Assembly: GCA_039714095.1 (NCBI GenBank) | Contig: JBDLJZ010000002.1 | Location: 1-50,173, forward strand | Direction: 5' to 3' | Origin: Nanobdellota archaeon | GTDB lineage: Archaea > Nanobdellota > Nanobdellia > Pacearchaeales > GW2011-AR1 | Length of the DNA: 50,173 bases | Shown: piece by piece, positions 24,951-33,339 of the stretch | Layout: each line of letters opens with the position of its first letter | Numbering within the stretch: the stretch's first letter is position 1 | Notes under the pieces: model-generated | Seen by the model: only the letters and a program-made list of their open reading frames with translations | What the model was told of the DNA's origin: nothing | Databases searched by the model: none | Position numbers and translations under genes: made by a program

Positions 24951-26639
24951 CTAATCAAACCCCAAATAATTTTTAATTATATTTATTGTTTTTCTATCCG
25001 TATCTCCACTTAATTTTCCTTGGCAATCTCCCAGCGAAGCACACATTGTATTTTGTGCATCTCCCCATCCAGAAATATAATCTTTGTCCCCATCAAAACA
25101 CTCGTCTCCATCTATTTGTTTATAACCTTTTCTTTGTAAGTCATCTGCCAAACTTTTTTCATAATGAGCTGTGCAACTTGTACTGGCTAAAGAACAAATC
25201 GCAGACTCTTCTTCATTTCCTTCATTTGATTCTTTATCGGACCAAAATTTAAATCCTGGTGCAATTAAAGGAACACATTTTTTTAGAACTTCTCCATCCC
25301 CCATCTTTTCTGAAATCCACTGACAATCTCTAATTGTTGTATCCTCACAATCTAATTGTTCTGTTTGAGCAACACAATCTTGCCAAGCATTAACTCTGCA
25401 CACAGCTGACTTAAAAGTTTTTTGAATATTATTTTCATCAGTATATCTTATTTCAGATTGAATACAAACTTCTGCTTTTCTATCAGCACACGGTTCAATA
25501 GTTACTTCTCCATTATAGCAAACCATTCTAAAAAATCTACTTCCTGGGAGATTATTTTCTGTATTGTCTGATGAGCTACTTTGTTCTGAAATTTCTCCAT
25601 TTATAATTTCTAAAAAAGTTGCTCCTTTTGCAACCTCAGAACTTGCACACCATGTCTCGCCATGTAAATATGTTTCGTCATTTCCATCCCCCCCAATATC
25701 AAATTCACAACCCAAATCTCTGCAAACAAAATCCCCATATATTGGAGATACAGCGTCTTCATTTCTGTTATATTCTTTACAAGTGCTTCCCTCAAAATAA
25801 CCACAATCTCCACAAATCGCTGAACCTGCATTTCCTATTCCATCTGCACAACTAGGTGCTGTTATATATGTCCAATAAATTTTACCTTCTTCTCCATTTC
25901 GAAGTACCTGTCCTGTGCTATCATCAATCATATTTGAGTCATAAACATTCGCAACATTCCCACAACTATCTAAAAAGAAAACCTCATCTCTTCCATCTAC
26001 GCAAGTTGTTTTATCAGTTTCAGCACAATTTGTAGCAAGTTCATCTGCAGTACATAAAAATCCCTCGTGAAAGATAGCTTCACTAATTGCTTGGCATTCT
26101 GAACGAGTTATCATTTTGCAAGTTGTTTCTAACTCTCTTTCAAATACACACGCTCCTTTTGTATCTGGAAATGCACTCGCAATACAAGAAATTTCATTTT
26201 GAATATTTTGTTGAAAATGAGTATCTATTGAATACAAAGAAGCAAAACTTTTACATTTGGCTTGTGTTACAAAAGCTGCTTGGTCTCCAATCGCACAACA
26301 ACCTAACTGACACTGAGGAATATTTACAGAACTACTTTCACTCCAATAACCCATTTCTGAGTCACATTTTAATTGAGGAGTATTTTCCATACATTCACCA
26401 TCTCTTTTGTTTACACATGTTCCAAGAGCACAATAAGAAGTAGAAATACAGGCAGTAGGTTCCATTAAATAATTACTATCACATTCATTTTTATTAGCAT
26501 CAACACACCACGCTCCACCAGTTCCTTCATTATTTGGCTCTGTTTTTTCACAACAATAAGAAATTTCTCCAAGCACACTGTTAGTTAAAAGAATTCCAAT
26601 TAAGAAAATTATTCCAAACATAAAAAAATTATTTTTCAT
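24951..26639 (-). CDS. 562-aa cysteine-rich secreted protein, homologous to the N-terminal half of the 1216-aa protein
   Basis: Signal peptide MKNNFFMFGIIFLIGILLTNSVLG. YCCEKTEP.., CQLGCCAIGDQAAF.., ..SLGDCQG are collinear with TCCEKTTE.., CTLGCCQDLGT.., ..SLGDCAG of 28898..32548. Confidence 0.7.
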   Translation of the reverse strand: MKNNFFMFGIIFLIGILLTNSVLGEISYCCEKTEPNNEGTGGAWCVDANKNECDSNYLMEPTACISTSYCALGTCVNKRDGECMENTPQLKCDSEMGYWSESSSVNIPQCQLGCCAIGDQAAFVTQAKCKSFASLYSIDTHFQQNIQNEISCIASAFPDTKGACVFERELETTCKMITRSECQAISEAIFHEGFLCTADELATNCAETDKTTCVDGRDEVFFLDSCGNVANVYDSNMIDDSTGQVLRNGEEGKIYWTYITAPSCADGIGNAGSAICGDCGYFEGSTCKEYNRNEDAVSPIYGDFVCRDLGCEFDIGGDGNDETYLHGETWCASSEVAKGATFLEIINGEISEQSSSSDNTENNLPGSRFFRMVCYNGEVTIEPCADRKAEVCIQSEIRYTDENNIQKTFKSAVCRVNAWQDCVAQTEQLDCEDTTIRDCQWISEKMGDGEVLKKCVPLIAPGFKFWSDKESNEGNEEESAICSLASTSCTAHYEKSLADDLQRKGYKQIDGDECFDGDKDYISGWGDAQNTMCASLGDCQGKLSGDTDRKTINIIKNYLGFD

Positions 26640-26640
26640 T

Positions 26641-26955
26641 TTATTCTATAATCACCCCCTCTTTTAATGCTTCACTAACTATGCTTATTCTATTTTTCTT
26701 TTTTTCAAATTCTTCAGGAGTATAACAAAGAAAATCAACAGCATAATCTAAATTCCAATAATTATTCATTTTTTTAACCCTTTCAAAAAAATTCATTTTT
26801 TCAAAATCTGGGGCCACAACAATTAGATCAATATCACTATCTTCTGTTGCTTCTCCAGTTGCCTGACTTCCAAATAAAATAATTTTTTGCAAACTAATTT
26901 CATTTACATGCAACATAAAATGTTTAATGAGTCTTATAATTTTTTCTTTACCCAT
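26641..26955 (-). CDS. minimal nucleotidyltransferase (MNT), antitoxin of a HEPN-MNT pair
   Basis: LFGSQATGEATEDSDIDLIVV (GSx9-11 DxD NTase motif). Confidence 0.85.
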   Translation of the reverse strand: MGKEKIIRLIKHFMLHVNEISLQKIILFGSQATGEATEDSDIDLIVVAPDFEKMNFFERVKKMNNYWNLDYAVDFLCYTPEEFEKKKNRISIVSEALKEGVIIE

Positions 26956-27293
26956 TCTAATATTTCTTCTGCATGTTTAATTAAATTATTAATATCCTCT
27001 TTTAAATTTAACTTTCCTTCCGTATCTGGATATCTACTAAACATATACGCAGGATTTAATTCATTACAAAAATTTTGAATATTTTCTGGAGCATTAATAT
27101 CTTTTGAGAGATTTAATAGATTATGCGTCTTAACTAATTTTTTTTGTTCTTTAATTAAAACAGCTTTCAAAGCTTTTTCAGCAGACTGTTGCAATAAAAA
27201 AGCACCTATTTCCAAATAGCCTCCACTAATACTATGTTTAGCACCCTCTAAATCTTTCTCTGCATATTCTATCCATTCTTTATATTCTTTCAT
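26934..27293 (-). CDS. HEPN-domain protein (toxin of the HEPN-MNT pair)
   Basis: 119-aa helical protein. A..FLLQQSAEKALKA..H.L and ..YMFSRYPD.. are HEPN (PF05168-like) patterns. Adjacent to MNT. Confidence 0.8.
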   Translation of the reverse strand: MKEYKEWIEYAEKDLEGAKHSISGGYLEIGAFLLQQSAEKALKAVLIKEQKKLVKTHNLLNLSKDINAPENIQNFCNELNPAYMFSRYPDTEGKLNLKEDINNLIKHAEEILEWVKKKL

Positions 27294-28168
27294 TCTCTAA
27301 TCGCTCCTGATGTAATCCCATAACCTGAAGGCCAAATATAACTACGCGAGGCAAACTGAAATTTCTCTCCAGTGTCTCTGTTAGTTAAAATATAAATTGT
27401 TGTTCCATCTCCTTGTTTTTTCTTTTCAACTTTTAAATCATGATAAAAATTCATATAAGTTGTTGTCTCGCTGTCTCCATATTTTGCTTCAAAATTTAAT
27501 ATACTAATTGCAATGCTAACTAATTCATAAAGATTATTATTCAAAACTATACTAAAGTCCTTGTATCTTTCTGAATCTTCTTTTGTTAATGTTAAAGTGT
27601 GATTAAAATTAGCAACAACTCTTTCAGGAAATAATCTAATTCCCATTTTTCCTAAATTAAGTTTTACATCATAACCTTTTCTTTCGTAACTTTTTTTCAT
27701 TTCTTCAAAACATTCTCTGGATGATTCAGCAATACTGTTTTCTAATTCTTCTTCAATGTGTTGTCTTAAAAACGGTTGTTGCATAACACAAGGTTCATAA
27801 TAATTTGATGTATAACATAAATATTCTAATTTCCCTCCCCCATATAAAAAATAATGTTCAGGATTCAAACTCCCACCATTTGCAGAAATAATACCAATAT
27901 TTTCTTGTATCTGTTCTTCAAGACATAATTGAATAAATTCTGTCGGACTTTTTGCACCAATTCCTAATGTTGTTTGCAACTGAGGATAAAACATATAAAT
28001 AGCAACACCAATCCCAACAATTACAATTGATAAAATAATAAACAATGTAACCTGCCCCTTGTAAACATCTTTGGAAAAGATGTTTCGGGGCCTCGTAGAG
28101 GTTCTCGCACATCCTTGGTGTACACTAAAATATGTGTGTCCTTTTTTGTTTGAATTTTTCTCACCCAT
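27290..28168 (-). CDS. class III signal peptide protein (292 aa), paralog of 32533..33309, with repeat family 2 inserted in its leader
   Basis: ..VYKGQ|VTLFIILSIVIVGIGVAIYMF. EFIQLCLEEQIQENIGIISANGGSLNPE aligns with SFLESCIEEKINEAIDLIAIQGGNIKPE of the 258-aa paralog. Confidence 0.6.
   Translation of the reverse strand: MGEKNSNKKGHTYFSVHQGCARTSTRPRNIFSKDVYKGQVTLFIILSIVIVGIGVAIYMFYPQLQTTLGIGAKSPTEFIQLCLEEQIQENIGIISANGGSLNPEHYFLYGGGKLEYLCYTSNYYEPCVMQQPFLRQHIEEELENSIAESSRECFEEMKKSYERKGYDVKLNLGKMGIRLFPERVVANFNHTLTLTKEDSERYKDFSIVLNNNLYELVSIAISILNFEAKYGDSETTTYMNFYHDLKVEKKKQGDGTTIYILTNRDTGEKFQFASRSYIWPSGYGITSGAIRE
28053..28125 (+). repeat. G+C-rich structured repeat, family 2, copy 3
   Basis: Hairpin AAACATCTTT-gga-AAAGATGTTT (28063..28085), then cggggcctcgtagaggttctcgcacatccttggtgtacac. 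Confidence 0.65.
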
Positions 28169-28247
28169 TTTATATTTTCTCTAAGGGATTTTCGTTTATA
28201 AATATTTTTAATAAAATATGAAACCAGATATCTGATAGCTAATATTT

Positions 28248-28538
28248 TCAGGTTATTTTGGAAAGATATTTTTCTAAATCTTTATAATCTTTTTTTCTAT
28301 CTAAAAGACAAACAAGAATTATTTTTTGTGTAACAATATATATCATTCGAGTTTCTTTTGATTGAATTTTAAGTCTAATTCTAAAAACTTTTGAAAATGA
28401 TTTTGAATAAATTTTTTTATATCTAAATGGATTTTCTTTTATTAGTTGTATTTTATCAGAAATAATCTTTTTTGATTTTTCATCAACTTTTTCTAATTGC
28501 CGAAGAAATGTTTTTGAAGGGATTATTTGGAAATTCAT
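28248..28538 (-). CDS. RelE-like toxin
   Basis: 96 aa. ..FSKVFRIRLKIQSKETRMIYIVTQKIILVCLLDRKKDY. 4-nt overlap with the upstream small gene. Confidence 0.55.
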   Translation of the reverse strand: MNFQIIPSKTFLRQLEKVDEKSKKIISDKIQLIKENPFRYKKIYSKSFSKVFRIRLKIQSKETRMIYIVTQKIILVCLLDRKKDYKDLEKYLSKIT

Positions 28539-28792
28539 CCCAAGAGAATTTTATTTAATTCTTCTTCTGTCCCAAAATCTTTATTTTTTATTGTTTTTAA
28601 AATTAAGTTATCAATTAAATCAATTTCTTTTTCACTAAATGTTTCATCAAATTCATTTGCTTCAAATACTTTCATTCTCATACTTTCTATAGCTAAATCC
28701 TGAATATTTCTGTAACCAAAATTTTCTGCATAATTTTGAGCTGCTTTTAATAAATTCAATGGAATTTTCAGATTAATTTGTTGAGTCTCCAT
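28535..28792 (-). CDS. antitoxin (possible ribbon-helix-helix)
   Basis: QQINLKIPLNLLKAAQNYAENFGYRNIQDLAIESM resembles an RHH strand-helix-helix. Confidence 0.45.
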   Translation of the reverse strand: METQQINLKIPLNLLKAAQNYAENFGYRNIQDLAIESMRMKVFEANEFDETFSEKEIDLIDNLILKTIKNKDFGTEEELNKILLG

Positions 28793-28872
28793 AATATTAA
28801 TAGATATCTATAGATATTTAAACTTTTTGGAAATTCAAAGATAGAGAATAATATTTTTAATAAAAAATAACA

Positions 28873-28905
28873 CTACGCGATTTTTGTCAGAGGCAATTTA
28901 AAAAG
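28873..28905 (+). repeat. fragment related to family 1 (5' half of H1 joined to aggcaatttaaaaa as at the 3' end of copy D)
   Basis: ctacgcgatttttgtcag matches copy A's ctacgcgattttcgtcag at 17 of 18 positions. Overlaps the stop of the 1216-aa gene. Confidence 0.35.
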
Positions 28906-31900
28906 CACTTGGAGAAATTGAAACACATGTTCCAACATTTTCAAGATTATCCTTACACTTAATATAATATGTTTTTTCAGAATTCCATTCAACATAATGC
29001 TCAATTGTTGCTTCAAATCCAGGCTCCATTAATGTTGTAGTATTCATCTCAAAATTGCATTTTTTCAAAATATCATTGTTATAATAACATCTTGATTTTT
29101 TATGCGTTTCAATTCCAAGTAAACTCCCTGAACGATATATAACCGCAATCTCTGGTGAGGTGTTGTCAATTTCTAAAGTGAATACAATACTCTCCTCAGC
29201 CACATTTCCTGTAGAATCTTCACACATAATTGGAATATTATAATCTCCACTTACAAAAAATAAATTTTGAGTATGCATTGTTGTATCAGTATCAAAAAAT
29301 TCTAATTGAGGGTCTAAATCTGAACTTAATAAATCTCCCGAAGGAAAATAACATTTTGCAATACCCGTACCGTCGGCTCCACCAGATGTTGTAACTCTTA
29401 AAGTCATTTCATAATCTCCTGTAGCACTGCTCACCTGATTATATTCTGTAGGTGTGGCAGAAGTAATTTTTAATGTGCTAATAGAAGGATTTATTGTGTA
29501 TTCTTTGTAAGCTATATTTACATTTCCTTGAGTATCATTACATTTGAAATAAAGTTTATTTGGATCACTCGTACTAAGTCCAGTAATATCTGCAAAGTCG
29601 CAACCATATTTTAATCTTGGAAAACAAGAATCATCATCACGAATATATCCTTCACAAAACAAAGATTTAGTCATATCTTCATAATTTGTTGTTTCATCAA
29701 AACTATAACCACATTCAACTAAAGGCTCATTAGCATAAATTTTAGGGCTGTCTAAAGTATCATTTCCAAATATTAAATAACTTCCATCTTCTGGAGAAAA
29801 TTCCTTAATAATTGGAGGACGAATATCTGGAGTTGGATTTACACACATCTGAATATTGTATGCAGTTAATTGTGCGTTTCCTTCGTGTCCTTCACATCTA
29901 ACATAAACATTAAATTCTCCATCTTCACCAAGACAATTATCACTAAAAGAAGCAACTCTAATTTCAAAATTATTTTCTTTTGTCCAAACAAATCCCGAAG
30001 TTGGCCTGCCAATCCAATCTGTTTTATATGATGTCAAATCTGATGGAGCAGTTCCCCAGATACATCTTGCAAATTTGTTTTCTTCATCCTTATCAGTTGT
30101 TAAATTAAAATTTAATAAAGTATTTCCTTCAACACACCCATTCTCATTTGAATTATTTGTGATTATTATTCCTGTTTCAAGTGCACCATTAGATTGGATC
30201 GTTGTTGTTAAATCTCCAGAAAAACTGCCCACATTAAAATTAATAACTGGTGGCGTAGGGTCAAGTTCTTTTTTAACACAAATAACTTCATCTGTTGCAA
30301 CACCTTCTTCTTCAACTAATACTTCACAATTTTTCCCTAAGCTCCAACATTTATATTCTGTGCAAGGGAATTCTCCTTCATTACATTTATCACACTCCTG
30401 ACTTCTTGCAGGAGGTTCCCACGGCTCACACGAAAAACTAACTTCTGACTTTTCTAATTTTCCAATTTTATCACCTTGTTGCCAATTAAATACAACTAGT
30501 TCTATTATGGCTGCAACTATTGTTACAATATAATTAGCATAAATTCCTATTAATCCTCCAACCTGATTTACCTGTCTAAATTTAAGTAAACCTCTACTTC
30601 CTTCATCAAGAGTTTCTTCGCATACTTGTTCTCCTTCTATTTCAACACATTCAATTTCTCCTAATTGGCTATTAATCAGGTTTAGAATAGTAGAACTTGA
30701 AGAACCTAAACTTGAAGCTAAATTTGCAAAGGTAGGAGAATTATTTTCTTCAGGAGTATTATTTATCCTAACATATCTCTCTTTTAAACTATCTTTTCCA
30801 GTATAATTTCCAACAGTATTAACATAACCTGCACAATCTCCCAAACTCACACAAAAATCATTCATCTGACTATAAAATCTCTCTGGATTTTTATCACACT
30901 CTTTATTTGCAATATAATCTAAATAAACTCTTTCTAAAATAAGACACCCCCATATAGGTTCCCAAGCAACACATTTTGCTTTGTATTGTTGAATAATTGG
31001 ACAAGACATTGATGCAAAGCTACAAACACTTTCATCATCTTCTGCTGAATAAATTGGGTTAAATCCTTGAGGATATTTTGGAACACAAACATCAAATTTA
31101 AAAAAATCAACTTCATCATCTTTTACAACATTTATATTTTGCATTCTACAATCTGACTCATCTTCACAATCTTCTACATTCTCTATTCCAAAACAATTTA
31201 ATCCCATATTTGGTCTGCATGTTGCTTCAGTGTAAGAAATAGCACTTTCTCCTTCTCCGATTTCAACAGCATGCTCTCCACAAATATTCTCTCTATAAAC
31301 TCCGCAATTAATTGTTGTTATCTCTCCTTGAATACATGATTTTCTATAATGAGAAGAGCCAGGAATATCTGAAGAAATTTGAACTCCAGTTTCATCATTA
31401 ATATATTCTCCAACCTGTCCTTCATAAACACACCAACTCTCTCCATTTTTCCTCTCTTTATTATTATCTGTTTCATCCACACAGCTTAAATCTGCACAAA
31501 CAAAATTATCCTCTGCAACATGAGTTTCTGAACTATCAACTGGTTTACATGTATTAAATACACTATCACAATTTCCGCATGTATCTAAATTATTTGGATT
31601 ATTTACATCAATTGTGCAAACTTGCGAACCTACTATTTTTACAAATCCTTGATTCCAACTTTCATCTTTTAATGCAGGAGTATTTCCTTCATAAACATTT
31701 TCCATATTTCCACAAGAATCAAACCAATAAATTTTTTCATCTAAACAATTAATACTCTCTTGTTTAGTACAAATTGTGTCTAATCCTTCATTAGAACATA
31801 AACTTCCTTCATGAAAAGTCCTACTTTCTATACATTCTGCCCCACTATTAAATTCACAATTATTTTCTCCATTTACTTGATAAACACAAGCACCATTTGC

Positions 31901-32548
31901 ATCTGATGAAATATCTCCACATAGTTCTTCAGGTATTGTATCATCAAAAATTCCACCTTGCAAATCACACCAAGCTTGCGAATTGTATTGTGTATTTGTT
32001 CCTAAATCCTGACAACAACCAAGAGTACATTCATCTGCTTCATTAAACCATTCTCCATTATTTTCTTCACAAGTAATTCTAGGAGATAGGGCAGAGCATA
32101 AACCATCTGTACCAATACAATCTCCCAATTTACAAAATGTTGTTGAACCACAATCTGATTGCACATTTGTAGTATCACAATCCTCTTGCAATACATCTTC
32201 TTGACAAAATGCTCCTTCTGTTGTTTTCTCACAGCAAGTTGTCGCCGAAACAAAACCAATTTGATTTATTGATAAAAATCCAACTACTAAGTTTAAACTT
32301 GACTTAATTATTTTTTTAGAAATTTCACTTATCTCTGAATTAATTTTTATTTCTTCACTATTAAGATTATAACTTTGAGCAATAGTAAAATTAATTAGTA
32401 AAATTATTTGAAATATACTAAAAATTAAAATTATTTTTCTGCCCTCAGTAAAAATTTTTGCAGAAGATTTTTCGGGGCCTCGAAGAGGTTCTTGTGCTGG
32501 GAGCTTTAGCGAGGCAGTATACGCCTGTGGTGTCATCCTATAATACAC
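28898..32548 (-). CDS. 1216-aa giant cysteine-rich surface protein (a fused equivalent of the 562-aa + 807-aa pair)
   Basis: The N-terminal half is collinear with 24951..26639 and the C-terminal half with 21931..24354 (FSCEPWEPPARSQECDKCNEGEFPCTEYKCWSLGKNCE). The track start is GTG 32548. ATG 32536 (MTPQAY) overlaps the upstream stop as ATGA and may be the real start. Confidence 0.75.
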   Translation of the reverse strand: MYYRMTPQAYTASLKLPAQEPLRGPEKSSAKIFTEGRKIILIFSIFQIILLINFTIAQSYNLNSEEIKINSEISEISKKIIKSSLNLVVGFLSINQIGFVSATTCCEKTTEGAFCQEDVLQEDCDTTNVQSDCGSTTFCKLGDCIGTDGLCSALSPRITCEENNGEWFNEADECTLGCCQDLGTNTQYNSQAWCDLQGGIFDDTIPEELCGDISSDANGACVYQVNGENNCEFNSGAECIESRTFHEGSLCSNEGLDTICTKQESINCLDEKIYWFDSCGNMENVYEGNTPALKDESWNQGFVKIVGSQVCTIDVNNPNNLDTCGNCDSVFNTCKPVDSSETHVAEDNFVCADLSCVDETDNNKERKNGESWCVYEGQVGEYINDETGVQISSDIPGSSHYRKSCIQGEITTINCGVYRENICGEHAVEIGEGESAISYTEATCRPNMGLNCFGIENVEDCEDESDCRMQNINVVKDDEVDFFKFDVCVPKYPQGFNPIYSAEDDESVCSFASMSCPIIQQYKAKCVAWEPIWGCLILERVYLDYIANKECDKNPERFYSQMNDFCVSLGDCAGYVNTVGNYTGKDSLKERYVRINNTPEENNSPTFANLASSLGSSSSTILNLINSQLGEIECVEIEGEQVCEETLDEGSRGLLKFRQVNQVGGLIGIYANYIVTIVAAIIELVVFNWQQGDKIGKLEKSEVSFSCEPWEPPARSQECDKCNEGEFPCTEYKCWSLGKNCEVLVEEEGVATDEVICVKKELDPTPPVINFNVGSFSGDLTTTIQSNGALETGIIITNNSNENGCVEGNTLLNFNLTTDKDEENKFARCIWGTAPSDLTSYKTDWIGRPTSGFVWTKENNFEIRVASFSDNCLGEDGEFNVYVRCEGHEGNAQLTAYNIQMCVNPTPDIRPPIIKEFSPEDGSYLIFGNDTLDSPKIYANEPLVECGYSFDETTNYEDMTKSLFCEGYIRDDDSCFPRLKYGCDFADITGLSTSDPNKLYFKCNDTQGNVNIAYKEYTINPSISTLKITSATPTEYNQVSSATGDYEMTLRVTTSGGADGTGIAKCYFPSGDLLSSDLDPQLEFFDTDTTMHTQNLFFVSGDYNIPIMCEDSTGNVAEESIVFTLEIDNTSPEIAVIYRSGSLLGIETHKKSRCYYNNDILKKCNFEMNTTTLMEPGFEATIEHYVEWNSEKTYYIKCKDNLENVGTCVSISPSAF
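32440..32536 (+). repeat. G+C-rich structured repeat, family 2, copy 2 (diverged middle)
   Basis: tgccctcagtAAAAATTTTtgcagAAGATTTTTcggggcctcgaagaggttc...acgcctgtggtgtcat. Confidence 0.6.
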
Positions 32549-33309
32549 CCCCTAACTGCAAACCTAAATAACTTATCTATTTCTCTATTTTTTACACTAT
32601 AAATTTTTTCACCTTCGCTATCAATAAATAAACTAATTTTTATGTCAGGATAAATTAACATATAAGAATTTATATTAAATTCACAATATTGTGCTTCAGA
32701 ATTCAAAATACTATGAACAATAAGAACCAACTCATATAAATTAGTATGAATAATGGTTCCGATGTTTTGCATTTTAGAGCTTTCATCGTTTTTTATTAAA
32801 TCCAATTCCCCATCTAATATTAATTTTACTCCTTCAAAATTTAATTTAACTTCAAATCCATTATAAATTTTTTTTACATCATAATTTTGTTTTTCTAAAT
32901 TTTCTGCTAATTTATTAAAGCAAATTTTTACATCATCTCTAATATAATTTTCAATTTCTGTTTCAATGTGGCTCGTTAACATAGGAACTTGATTAATACA
33001 TCTATCATAAGAATTTTGATTATAACATAAATAAGAAATATTTACTGGCTCAGCTTCGTCTTTAAATTTAAATCTTTTTTTTAATTCAGGTTTAATGTTC
33101 CCTCCTTGTATCGCAATTAAATCAATTGCCTCATTAATTTTTTCTTCAATACATGACTCTAAAAAAGAATTTGGATTAATTTCTTTTCCCCCACCAATAT
33201 TTGGAATTAATCCTTGTCTAAAAAGAAAATAAAATGCAATTGCCACAACAATTAAAATCCCCGCAACAATAAAAATCGTTAATTGCCCCTTATTATTTGC
33301 ACCCTTCAT
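32533..33309 (-). CDS. class III signal peptide protein (258 aa), first gene of the array
   Basis: MKGANNKGQ|LTIFIVAGILIVVAIAFYFLF. Confidence 0.6.
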   Translation of the reverse strand: MKGANNKGQLTIFIVAGILIVVAIAFYFLFRQGLIPNIGGGKEINPNSFLESCIEEKINEAIDLIAIQGGNIKPELKKRFKFKDEAEPVNISYLCYNQNSYDRCINQVPMLTSHIETEIENYIRDDVKICFNKLAENLEKQNYDVKKIYNGFEVKLNFEGVKLILDGELDLIKNDESSKMQNIGTIIHTNLYELVLIVHSILNSEAQYCEFNINSYMLIYPDIKISLFIDSEGEKIYSVKNREIDKLFRFAVRGCIIG

Positions 33310-33339
33310 AAATATTAATTAAAAATAAATTATATAAAC

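Noticed and set aside
21931-26639. Multiple 60-120-aa ORFs antisense to, or out of frame within, the 807-aa and 562-aa genes (for example 22778..22993, 23464..23748, 25564..25855, 26087..26443)
   Set aside because: All are nested inside long, internally consistent ORFs with clear paralogs. They have no start-context or motif support.
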